From Octopus sinensis (lineage: Eukaryota): DNA of 64,000 nt. This document shows positions 52,596 to 64,000 of the stretch, one piece after another. The stretch lies in assembly GCF_006345805.1 (NCBI RefSeq), contig NC_043005.1, positions 46,128,001-46,192,000 of the forward strand, in the 5' to 3' direction. The notes below the pieces were generated by a model. That model saw only the letters and a program-made list of their open reading frames with translations. It had not been told where the DNA came from and ran no database searches. Position numbers and translations under genes: made by a program. Numbering within the stretch: position 1 is the stretch's first letter; every line of letters begins with the position of its first letter.

Positions 52596-52825
52596 TTTCT
52601 TTACTACCCACAAGGGGCTAAACACAGAGGGGACAAACAAGGACAGACAAACGGATTAAGTCGATTACATCGACCCCAGTGCGCAACTGGTACTTAATTT
52701 ATCGACCCCGAAAGGATGAAAGGCAAAGTCGACCTCGGCGGAATTTGAACTCACAACGTAACGCAGACGAAATACCGCTAAGCATTTCGCCCGGCGTGCT
52801 AACGTTTCTGCCAGCTCGCCGCCTT
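52596..52825 (-). mobile_element. Intact SINE C about 145 bp upstream of the GALNS ATG
   Basis: Full head-to-tail copy with CpGs retained; flanked by repeats of ACTGACATATA. Confidence 0.85.
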
Positions 52826-55150
52826 ACATATACTGACATATACAAACTGACATATACCAGCCCACACTCCTCCTAAGACATTCTGGAAATTTTGCGCCCT
52901 TCTACCACATCTTTATTAGTTAGAAAGCAAAATAGAATTCCTTTGCACCCCTACTGCACGGCATCTTGGGCAAATGTCTTTTACTATAGCTCCGGGTCTA
53001 CGAATCCTTTGTGAGTGAATGTGACGAAAACTGCGCGGAAGCCCATCGTATATGTTTGTTTGTGTGTGTGTGTGTGTGACACTGTCACTTTCACAATTGT
53101 TGTTGGTTTGTTACGTTCTCATAACATAGCGGTTCGACAAAAGAGATCGATAGTATGAATACCGGACTTTAAAAATAACAGGGTCGATTTGTTCGGTAAA
53201 AAAAACACTTGAAGACAGTACTCCAGCGTGGCCGCAGTTCATCGACTCAAGTTAAAGATATAACAATTCTATTCGATTCCTTTTCCAGTCCTAACAGATT
53301 AAAAACGAACTGTAACCCAACTCCAAGTGAGTTCTAACCAAGATCTTTGATTAAAGCTATACAAGTCGTAACCATCACTTTTTTTTTGCTCAATTTACAT
53401 CCAGATCTACTTTATCCGTCTCTTACTCTTGTAAGAGGGTAGGGCGTGTTATGAAGGAGATTTGACTGCCATTTCCGACAGGTTGAGATTCCTTCGTTAG
53501 CTGACTTCTGCGTGTAATATTGGTTTTAAATTTTGGCACAAGGCCAGCAATTTCGGGGGAAAGAGTAAGTTGATTATATCAGCCTAGTTAGTGTTGGACT
53601 GATACTTATCTTATCGACCTCGAAAGGATAAAAGGCAAAGTCGACCTCGATGTCATTACGAACTTTAAACGTAATGACAGCCGAAATACCGCTTAGCATT
53701 TTACCCGACAAGCTAACGATTCTGCTAGCTCGCCACCTGTTTCTCATTATAGGCATAATGTTGAGGGGAAGGGCTTAGTCGTTATATGAACTGCAGGACA
53801 AGACTGATAGTTAACTTTATCGAGGAAAATATTGAAAAACATCAATACACGTGAGAGTGACAATGAAACAAGGAAGGTATCAAGGGGTCCTTGAAATGTG
53901 CTAAAAATAAGAGCTAAATCGTTCTTAAATCACATACAAAAAAAATCTTATTCTTGCATAAACGTATAGATTCCCGTGTGTAGAACACAAATTCGCAAAA
54001 AATTTCTGAAAATTACAAAAAAAATAAAGTTATGAAGGTGGGGTAGGGGTACTAAAATCAGAATTCCGCCTTTTTTTTTTCTTTTTTCGAAGATTCGCCT
54101 TAATCGAAGGTCGTAATAATAATTGTTTCAAATCGTGTCCAGCAATTTTTGAGGGGAGCGGGAAGCTGGTACTAATTTTATCGATTCCAAAAGATTGAGA
54201 AGCAAAGTCGATTTTGGGGGATTTTGAACTCAGAACGTAAAGAGCCAGAAGACATACTGCTGGGATTTATGTCGAAACGGACACGAATTAGGGATTATTT
54301 CATGTTGGTTGCCGCTCGGAAATTTTACGCCAGACCACATGCTGGAGGAAGCTAAAACAACGTTTTCCAAATGGTCACCAGTAATTCGTAGCCTCAACTT
54401 GCTTTCTGTATATTTCACGTTCGACGATAGTTTATTCACATCAAACATCGATATCATTTTATTTATTTATTTATTTTTTCGCATGTTGTAAAGCAAGATT
54501 CAAGAAAAGGTTCATTTCTGTTTGGCTGTCACTTTTCAATTTCTTCAATTTTTGTTCCAGTTGCTTTCATATTTTGTGTATTGGTGTAGTTTTGCATGGT
54601 AATCAATGACATGAAATTCATTTTCGCTGTAAGTCAATAAAGAGTTAATAAGCTTTTAAAATTTGTAAATTTTTGTCAGTTTTAGCCAAGTGAAAGCTGT
54701 TACCAAGCTGCTTCCACACGTGGTCGTTTTTCGCTCATTAAATGCTAAAAACACATGAGGTAGTCGTGTGACGTACTAAAAATAATAGCTAAATAGGCCT
54801 CAAATCACGAATCAATTTTTTGTTTGTTTGTTTTTTGCAAAAACGTAAGAAAACCCGTGTGTAGAATTTTCTGAAAATAGTAGAGCTATAATTTCTGCAC
54901 GAAATTTGGATTTTAATGTAGTTCCATTTGAAAATTTGCTGGCACAGTGGATATAACTTCACAAGTGTGTCCTTCAGACTTTGTTTCCTCATAACTTTCA
55001 GAAGAGATATATTTTTTTATGTCTCCGAATATTTTTCCAAATGGTGTATAATTTATAATGCGAATTTAACGTAGAATAAAATCAGTGGACGCGTACACGT
55101 ATATACTGACGAAACACAAAAAATATTTTCATGTCTCATTTTGTGGTGAT

Positions 55151-55218
<68 letters not shown>

Positions 55219-55701
55219 AAGAGAGAGGCAGGGACATGATTACTGTATTTTGACTTTCAGAATTTTTTCTGTTCTTTTTTTAACTAAATGTTCACTACCT
55301 TAAAAAAACAAAAACGATATAAGCTAAGCAAATGACAGTCTCTAAATGTATTAAAAAAAAGTATTTTAGAAAATCATTTCTTGAGTATGTAGTGGCTTCA
55401 TGCAGGCATAGCGTAGATTCGATCCTCAATCACCGAATTCACTTAAATGTACAACAGCCATGTCTTTGCTAACCTTTTTTTGTGTGGTGGATAGTTAAAT
55501 TGACAGGTCGGTTACGGCAACGAGTGTTCTAGTTGAGGTTCGAGTTTCTTTTGTCTGTTTATCGTGAGTTATATTTTGCTGTTTCACTTTGCTGTTTATT
55601 ATTACTTGTTTCGTGTTCTTTGAACACTTTGTTAATTTGTTTTGTTGCCTTGTGGCAGGCTGTTGACGATTTCACTCTTCGAAGAGGAGGGTTAGCCAAG
55701 T

Positions 55702-56660
55702 ATGATGCAATACGAGGACGTCACCTCCTCGGAGCTGACGTCTTCTGAGGTGGAGTTGTTAAGATCAATTGATGAAATAGACGAGCAAATGAAGAGGAGG
55801 AACTTTGCAGATGTAATAAGGAGCCAGAATAGCAAAAGTGACTTGTCAAAGTTGAAGTGTTGTAAGGATTTTCTAAGTAGAGAGGGATACGATGTAAAGG
55901 TGTCCACTCCTCAAGAGATAATAGATAATACAAAGGAAAGAATAATGATTTATAGAACATATTCAGCAGAAGCAGGGAAAATAGAAATTATGGCAACCAC
56001 GTAAATTGAAGGAGCATTAAGACCAATCTGGCAAGAAATTACATATTTTGTCAGAGGAACAAAATATGGAACAATAGAGGTGCGTTTCCGAGAGGCGGCT
56101 ACTAATAGGCTACATTCGGCAACCTCGTTGAAAAATGAAGTTGTGCTTCTACCCACATACTCGGAAACGAGGTAAAATAACGGTTTTCCAGGCCACAAAA
56201 ACTGGAAAGGACAGACCCTGGATATGATTATCCAGGGGTCGCCAGAAAACATTGAAAGTTTGACCGAAACTGTCAGGATAGAAAATGTAATAAGGGTCAA
56301 GGTAGAGAACAGCACCCTGCGATGTTACAAGCGTGGCCTAAAAGGCCACATTAGAGCGGATTGCCCTTCGCCGCCCAAAAATCCCCAGGAAGGACCCCAG
56401 GAAAGACCAGTGAGAAAGGAGGAAGTCGTGACACCAGCAACAACAGAAGAAAAGGAAGATAATGAAACGAACAACTAATGGGAAATGGCTGGGAAAAGAA
56501 AGAAGGAAAAGAAAACGGCATGCCACATGGATATATACCCCCTACACCCACCCAACATCCTGTTTGCCTCATCCTCCCCCTACAGACACCAAATCTCCCC
56601 ACTCCTCTCCGACACAAAGAAGAGCAAACACACAAAAGAACCCCCAAACTTTCCTTCCCC
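55702..56660 (+). mobile_element. L1/Tx1-like ORF1 relic
   Basis: Frame continues through TAA at 56002 (...GTIEVRF...LLPTY); degenerate zinc knuckle RCYKRGLKGHIRADC followed by a low-complexity tail. Confidence 0.65.
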
Positions 56661-56919
56661 CGGCCGAGGAAAAAAATAATTATGTAGTGATGTATGACAA
56701 GTCAAATAAGGAACCCGAAGGATTGAGGGGATTTTTGCTATGCTGTTTGGGTTTTTGACGTTGCTAGTCCTGAAAATGTTGCATTTTAAGTGGGGCTTAA
56801 TTATCCCCATCATGGTATTGTTCGTATTTTTAAACACTACAGTGGCCCCTTTCCTTTAAATTATGTGCGATTTCCACTTTTTCCAAGTCAAGTAATTTTT
56901 TCTTCTTTTTCCTTCCATT

Positions 56920-57400
56920 AGTTTTCGGAGCCGCCTCTTTACTTGGTGACTCCGTTACTTTTTTAGGCCTTTTTCACGACACCATTTCGGAGTTCATTTC
57001 TTCTGCTGCCGGTGTCGCTTCGGCCGGTTTGTTTTCGGTTTCAAGTTCGGCGGTCGCCCTCTGTGTTACAGCCTCCGTGGCTGGGGGTGCCGCCTCCTCT
57101 GTATTCTTCTCTTGTTTCCTGTACTTTTCCTTTTTTGGAGGGGAGCATTTTGACCTCAGGTGCCCCCTTATTTCCACATTTTAAGCATCTGAGCTTCCTC
57201 CCCTCCACGTGTACTGCTAACACTATATCCTCACCGAATAAAATCTTTTCGAGCAAATTTTCCAAATCAATCATGGTAGCTTGAACTAGGATTTCAAGCG
57301 TTTGTCATCTCCAGTTTTGTGGTGCGTCTCTTGCTATTTGAATGATACTTTTTTTTTCTTCCCTCTCGTAAAGTAATGTTGCCAGAATCCATGCCATTTC
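56920..57400 (-). mobile_element. Second L1/Tx1-like ORF1 relic
   Basis: LAVHVEGRKLRCLKCGNKG, then a frameshift into GHLRSKC, giving a CCHC knuckle. Confidence 0.65.
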
Positions 57401-57714
57401 CACCTCCGGGGGATATTTTTAATTTTAATCCGGGACGTTCTATGTCCCAGATATAGTGGTAGCCTCATAATGCTACCACTATAATTCTTTTGTCTTCTCG
57501 ACCGACTAGAGCCTTGCCTCTACCGTTGCGAATCTTGTACCTCGGGTTAGGTACTATATCTGGCCCAACACTGGCCCGAGACACCGTTCAATTGTACTTT
57601 CTTGTAGGTGCTCAAAATGTTTCTTTTCTGCGTTTTAAGACTTATACACAATTGTGCATTCCTTGGTTCTGTTTAAAATTTCGCCGGGGGACTTAATTCT
57701 AATTTCACCATTCT

Positions 57715-58465
57715 AGTTAGAAGAGGCGCTGAGAGTGGGCTCTGCAACCCAAGTTTTGGCGGCGAGATCAGCCTTGGATCGACACCTCAATGCCAAACAC
57801 GAGGGTTGCAGGGTCCGGGCTAAAGTACGTGCACTGGGTCGCGAGAGTATCAACGTTGCTGGATGACCTTGCTCGGTAGAAACCCAACGTGGTGTAGATG
57901 CTACGATAAGGTCTGTAGTAAACGAACAAGGACAGGAGATGGAAGGACAAGAAGAAATGTGTAAGACCTTTCAGGAACATTTCGCTGCGTTGTTCGGGAG
58001 AGGCAAGACGCTGGACCATGGGGATTTCCTGGCCGGTGGCCCGTGTCTCTTGGTACGTGAGGCGGAGCGCTATGAAGGGCCGATCACAGCTGCGGAGGTC
58101 AAAGAGGTGCTTTCCGAGTGCCCCGGGGACAAGTCGCCGGGATTGGATGATCTTCCTTACGAATTTTATAAGAGTATGTTAGACTCGTTCGGGAACATAC
58201 TGGCCGGTGTATACGCGAACTGGCAGCAGAACGGGAGAATTCCCAAATCTGCGAGCCGGGGAGTAGTAACACTGATCTGGAAGGACCCGAACAAGGGGGA
58301 TGACATTGATAATTTCAGGCCCATAACTCTGCTAACACAGAGTTAAAGATTTTGGCCAAGGTGTTAGCCAAGAGAGTGAGGCTTGTCGTGGGCGACCTGG
58401 TGGGAGAGGCGCAGACATGCACCATCCCAGGTAGGACAATACACGACAACCTTCACATCCTCATT
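57715..58465 (+). mobile_element. L1/Tx1-clade ORF2 fragment (pre-RT region and RT domains 0-2)
   Basis: KSPGLDDLPYEFY, GVVTLIWK, DNFRPITLL, then a frameshift into LKILAKVLAKR, QTCTIPGRTIHDNL. Confidence 0.88.
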
Positions 58466-59150
58466 AATTTTTATACAACTTTCATCTGTTTTCGTCCCCA
58501 TTGTGGTGTTCTGACTGCCCTTGTACTGTTCCCTCTGTATTAAAGCCTAAATGCCAAATAAAGAATCACCATGTTTACTGCTTTGATCATCACTCCGTTC
58601 ATTACATCCTTCATACTTGATACCTAAGTATGCAATAACATTGATAGATTATGCAGTTTTCTCAAGACGTAAATACAACCGAGGAAGGGTGCTTGCTACC
58701 CGAACAGTTTGTTTTGCAGACGAGGGTGTCGCGAGAATAGACATGATTTTCTTTATGCGGTGCCATGTCGGAATCGCGACACACAAAAGGAATGCATACG
58801 TCAGCCGGTTCTTCCATGAACCACAATTTTCAGTGACTTGTGGCAGGCCTACTTTCACATTCTAGAAAATGGTTATAATTCTCAATATAGAAGAGTGAAC
58901 CACAGCGTCGAGTTTAATCATTCGAAAGATGGTACCACACGCAACAAGTGGGAGGGGGGAAAAAGCATATGGGCCGGTGTAAAACGAGGGAATAAACAAC
59001 GTTGTAGGATCCACCACTGTACGGTAGACTCGCATCTCTACGAGTTTGTGACGTAGGAGATATGAAAATTGTAATTTGTTTGACAGACTTCCAGAGTGTA
59101 TCTCGAACTTTCATTTTTGAATTTTCTCTACAAAAAAGAAAAAAAATCCA

Positions 59151-59571
59151 TTGGGATCTTTTCGGTTTGAACGGCAGTTTTTTCTAGCGGTGTCATATGA
59201 AATTGTCACCCATAATTATGACCCTAGTATCGATCTATTGCATTTCAATCTGTTTTAGGGTTAGGGTTGGTTAGGGGTGGGAGGAAGGGTATCTTTTTTT
59301 CTTCACAAATGTAAATAAACCCAATCTGATTCTTAAACGAGGGACATATTCTACGGCACAATGTTTTTTTTTTATACCTCAATAGACGTATTTGATTGGT
59401 TGAAATTGAAGAAAAAACAAAAACAAATATCTTACAAACTATAGAATTTCTCAATAAAGCCAAGAGAAAAAAAGGTTTTATAAACACATTCTACCAGTAT
59501 ACGAAGTTTAAAATTTTTTAGTTACCTAGAAATTATGTTAAAAACTGCCGTTCAAACCGAAAAGATCCCAA
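59151..59571. mobile_element. MITE with ~31-bp perfect TIRs and internal TTAGGG-like repeats
   Basis: TTGGGATCTTTTCGGTTTGAACGGCAGTTTT ... AAAACTGCCGTTCAAACCGAAAAGATCCCAA. Confidence 0.85.
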
Positions 59572-60012
59572 TTTTTTATAACATAGTTTTTTGGAAGTGG
59601 GGTAGTGGTCTTCTATTTTTTCGAAAAGAAAAAATTCAATTTCAGATTTTTCCTTTTTAAATTGTTTACATGTCTGTTCCTCCGTTTCACACGACTTTAT
59701 TCAATATTGAATAAAGTTCGAAACTCACTACAACTTCGTCGTCGTCGATTTTGTGATAGGCATGCATCACGGAGAAAATGCCAGCTTCCAAACTTCGTTT
59801 TCTGGGTGGGTTTCTGTAAAATTTTCCTGAAACGAGTGAATAACAAAATCAAATTTGGCGTGAATAATTATATCAATATACCAAGTTTTAAAATTTCCAT
59901 TTAATATCAAAATTTCAAAACAGAAAAAAATACAATTTAATTTTACAAACCATTTTCTTTTTCATCTTCCAATAAGGATTTTCTTAGGATGAGCTGCTGC
60001 CGCGACAAATTG

Positions 60013-60732
60013 TGGATCTTTTCCTTTTGAACGGCACTTTGTAATATAATTTCTAGGTAACTAAAAAGTTTTAAACTTCGTATACTGGTAGAATGTGTTT
60101 ATAAAACATCATTTTCTCTTGGTTTTATTGAGAAAATTCAACAGTTTGTAAGATATTTCGTATGAAATTTCGACCATTTCGGCAATTTTAACCAATCGAT
60201 TATCTCCATTGAGCTAAAATCAGTTGCTGCGTCTAAAACCGAGACAACATCCTGTCACTAACCCTAAACCTCACCCTAATTTTTTTTTCTTAATTGTTAA
60301 ATTAATTTAATTGTTACGCGTGTAAAAAAAAAAAGCGAAAGCAATGGAAAATAATTTAAACAATTAACAAACATTTATTTTAAGCGTGTGTATAAAATTA
60401 TAGAATTATTTTGTTTGTTAATTGTTTAAATTATTTTCCATTGCTTTCGTTTTTTTACACGCGTAACAATTAAATTTAACAATTAAGAAAAAAAAATTTA
60501 GGGTTAGGTTTAGTGACAGGATGTTGTCTCAGTTTTAGACGCAGCAAATGATTCCAATTAGAGGCGATTCATTAGTTAAAATTCGAAAAATTAAACTACG
60601 TTAAACAAACGAATTACAATCAAGAAAGCCAAGAGAAAAAAATATTTTATTTTGACACATTCTACCAGTATACGAAGTTTTAAAGTGTTTAGTTAACTAG
60701 AAATTGTCTGCCGTTCAAAAGGAAAAGATCCC
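60013..60732. mobile_element. ~720-bp fold-back derivative of the same MITE family
   Basis: GGATCTTTTCCTTTTGAACGGC termini; inner inverted arms at about 60224-60365 and 60405-60550. Confidence 0.8.
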
Positions 60733-61035
60733 AAATTGTTGCTATTAAAGAAAGAGAGAGAGAGAGAGAAAAAAAAAAACGAGATTTTTGGTCTTGTATT
60801 TTTCTTCTATTAAAAAAATATTCTCTTCTAGATGTTATACAACTGAAATTGTCATTTTATACATACTTTCTATCAAAATTCTAATTTTGTCTTTCACTCA
60901 CCCACTTGTGGTGTTTGATTTTTAATCCATATTTTTTTAAACGTGTTCGCATCGGTATAAGGAGACGACATAAATTCACCTGGTTTGTCAGTCGAGCCTC
61001 TGTCACGAGAGAAGATAGTGCGGATGATGCTATAC

Positions 61036-61399
61036 TGATTCTTTATTACCCACAAGGGGCGACGAAGAGGGGACATTACAAACATTGGGGACATAGAACA
61101 TCACAATTACAAGAATGAAAGATGGATTTTGAAGATGATAATATGAAAGCGATGCTAAAGGCCCCATCCGTTAGCATCACTTACCTGTCCTTCGTACCCT
61201 ATCATCCATTGTTCTCCCCCATTACAATATACATATTCTCCAAGTCCATCGCATATCTTTTTTTAAACGCATTCTTTGAATTATCCCCAAGTACCCTCTC
61301 CTCCACTATCACATTTCTATTTTCGCACCTCACTAACAGTTCATCCATTTCTTCCCTCTTCACCATTGCATATTTCCAGTCCCCCTTTTCATACCCTAG
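61036..61399 (-). mobile_element. 5'-truncated non-LTR retrotransposon 3' stub with a 19-bp TSD
   Basis: AGTGCGGATGATGCTATAC at 61017-61035 and 61400-61418; ORF end followed by a 3' UTR ending CCCCTTGTGGGTAATAAAGAATCA. Confidence 0.8.
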
Positions 61400-62022
61400 A
61401 GTGCGGATGATGCTATACAAAAGAATGCCGATTTTGTTTTCTTTTCCTCGTGTAATGTACGATGAGGTCGAATGGTGGTGGGAGGAATCTTTTTTAATGC
61501 AAATTACAGGTGTTTGAATATGGAATACAATAAAATGACGAAAATAAAGAAAAAAGAAAATCAGTAAATAGGTGGTTGAAATTCTTAAAGCACGAAGACG
61601 TTTTTTTTTTTCTTAACACATAAAGCGCGGGTCACTATCGTGGCCCAGGCAGGTGCATTTAATTTATGGGCGTTTGTTGGGGGTCTAATGTCAGTCAAAC
61701 ACCCCGATACCGCCCCCACCTAGAATGCAAGGGGACTAACAGTTCAACTAATGACTTTTCAGATGATGTAAAACTTATCACCATTATATACTAAGAAGAT
61801 ATTTAAACTATTTTTTTTTGTTTTCTATGTGTGCATGGTAGTCTCAACGCCCACCGTTGGGTGGGTGGGGATGGGGTATCGTCCACTTTAAGAACCTATG
61901 GTCTAATTCAAAGGACATTTTTTTTTCCTTTTTATTAATAGCTCAAAACGTGTTCAAACTTTTCGCGCGGTCGACTAGCAAGTTGTTTACAGATCAATAA
62001 AATTTTCCTATTTGATTTACTG

Positions 62023-62278
62023 CTGTGGTTCTCAACTGGGGTCCACATGATCCTTGGGGGGTCCATAAAAGATTTTGCTGTTAATATTTATAAGCAATAA
62101 ATTGCTTATAATTCTACAATACACAAAATGTTAATTTTTTTAAAAATACAGTTCCTAATGATATTTAATTACAAAAATATATTAGGATTTTTTTAAATTG
62201 CTGAATGGCTATGGGGGTCCAGCAGAGTAAAAAGGAATCAAAGCGGTCCATAGTGAAAAGAATGGTCGAGAGCCACTG
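62023..62278. mobile_element. hAT (Charlie-like) MITE
   Basis: C(A/T)GTGGTTCTCAAC...GTCGAGAGCCACTG termini; TSD degenerate. Confidence 0.6.
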
Positions 62279-62549
62279 GTCTACAGATTTTCTTTACAGA
62301 TTTTCACTTTTCAAAATCACGAGAATTTCTACCGTTTTGTATAAACAAGGTCTCGGAGTTAGTTTTTTTCTTCTTTTTAAATATTACTTCGAGTCTTTTT
62401 ATTAATGGAGCAGTTAATTTTTTAGTTTTTCCTTAGTTTGTTTCTAGTTTAGGTACAGAACCCAATAGTTTTTGTAAGGAGAGTGTGAGTTGATATCATT
62501 GACCGCTGTATTTCCCTGGTATTTCATTTATTGATTTCGGTGGGACGAA

Positions 62550-62909
62550 AGGAAATGTGTTTATAAAACATCTTTTTCTCTTGGCTTTATTGAAAAAATT
62601 CTATAGTTTGTAAGATATTTGGGTTTTTTTTTTCAATTTCTACAATTTCAACCAATCACTGACGTCTATTGAGGTAAAAAAACATTCTGTGCCGTATGAA
62701 TATGTCCCTCATTTAAGAAACAGATTCGGTTTATTTACATTTGTGAAGAAAAAAAGATACCCTTCCCCCCAACCCTAACCCTAACCCTAACTAACCCTAA
62801 CCCTGAAACAGACTGAAATGCAATAGATCGATACTAGGGTCATAATTATAGGTAACAATTTCATATGACACCGCTAGAAAAAAAACTGCCGTTCAAACCG
62901 AAAGGATCC
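62550..62909 (-). mobile_element. Third, truncated copy of the TTAGGG-carrying MITE
   Basis: Reverse-complement homology to 59151-59480; (CCCTAA)n at 62771-62804. Confidence 0.8.
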
Positions 62910-64000
62910 GAAAAGTTGACTGCAGTGAAATTTGAACCTGTTTTAACAGCAACACAGAGCAACAAATATTTTCTTGTATTTCCTTTCTCTCGGGTGGATT
63001 TTTTTTTATGTATTCAATTTTATTTGTTTTACATACACACACTGAATACAGGCACAGTGTATGATAAGGTTTAATTATTCAGCTGTACAAACACATAAAA
63101 GAAATTTTTGTGAATCTTGAACAAGGTGGATATGAAGATTTTAGGATTCAAATCTGTGGCTAAAACTACGATACTAGCTTAAAACGTGAAGAGGACGAAA
63201 TGTAGAAAGAATAAAGAAAAGGTATCAGAGAAATGGTCTCCTGTAGTTGTTTTATTTTTAGTGCAATCCTTACACGACTTTTGCTCAGCATATAGTTTAC
63301 ATTTATTTTAAAGGTAAATAAATATTTTAATATAAAACAGATGAATATTTAAACTTGAATAATATTATAATTTTCCCGATTTCTAAGTAATGTTGGTTTC
63401 ACGTCAATAGAACTTCGGGGAACATAATATTAGTTTTAATAAGTCATTCAACATTCTTTCCCCTTGGCAGTAGCCGCAGTAGAATGTAGCTTGTTCAATG
63501 GTTAAAGATGAACTTATTATCATAGCTGAAAATCTAATTAGCCTTTCTTGAAACTGCTCCAGTTAAAGTGGATTCTTATTGGTTGTTATCGAACGGAAAG
63601 CTACCGAAGAAGACTTTGATTGGTTCAATCAGAGGCCCACAAGAGGCTTCAAATTATTCCCTCACTTGGAATTCCCTGATTTCGAGTGACTTGATCGTTT
63701 GTCAATTGTAATGAAAACTTGCCCCCAAATGATTTGCTCAACCAAATCGGATTTCCATTTATAAGTTTGATAATCTTAAATCTATGAAAATCGAAACCCA
63801 AATTACAATAAATTTTCTGGCTTTATGCATAAAGTTTCAGTAATGTAACAACTATACATGATACACCGTTTGTCAAAAGTATTTTGATATTCTAACCAAT
63901 CGTTATACTAACAATGTATTGGGCTATTGTGCTTTTAAGCTAAATACAAAAGAACCGTAAAGTTATTAAACGTATTTTCAATAGCATCACGTGATTTTAT

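Noticed and set aside
58617-59114. Protein-coding exons or a promoter (TGTCGCGAGA motif at 58727)
   Set aside because: No recognisable domain or splice pattern; a single motif is insufficient.
60894-61517. Independent small genes with a repeated YSIIRT motif
   Set aside because: The repeated peptide is the 19-bp TSD read in frame; the intervening sequence is a LINE 3' stub.
62771-62804. True telomere or chromosome-fusion scar
   Set aside because: A short tract embedded in a MITE that has other copies in the window.
63570-63630. Paired ATTGG (CCAAT) boxes as a promoter of a downstream gene
   Set aside because: No downstream gene is visible in the window; the motifs are too short to support a call.

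Overview
AT-rich, repeat-dense eukaryotic genomic DNA, most likely an octopus (inferred from SINE families I recognise from cephalopod genomes). Two host genes converge tail-to-tail. The last three coding exons of SNRNP40 (U5 snRNP 40 kDa WD40 protein) lie on + at 1912-7855. A complete 14-exon GALNS (N-acetylgalactosamine-6-sulfatase, 511 aa) lies on - at 52452-12739; I reconstructed it by hand with GT-AG boundaries and an open frame. The rest is mostly transposon-derived: mariner/Tc1/maT relics, piggyBac-, hAT-, Kolobok- and Tc2-like MITEs, Helitron/Helentron pieces, CR1/L2, RTE, Penelope-like and L1/Tx1 fragments, and several SINE families. The most unusual structure is a composite in GALNS intron 12: a U2 snRNA pseudogene fused to a ~97% identical inverted copy of a sequence 2.9 kb away, inside a diverged duplicate of the exon-13 donor region. 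There are also several fold-back or templated-insertion structures, a LINE 3' stub with a 19-bp target-site duplication whose tail matches a SINE tail, a TTAGGG-carrying MITE family, a CLEAR-like E-box just upstream of the GALNS ATG, and an apparent CpG-depletion boundary near 49.6 kb. No prokaryotic-type system or CRISPR array is present. Repeat family names come from motif recognition, not database searches.
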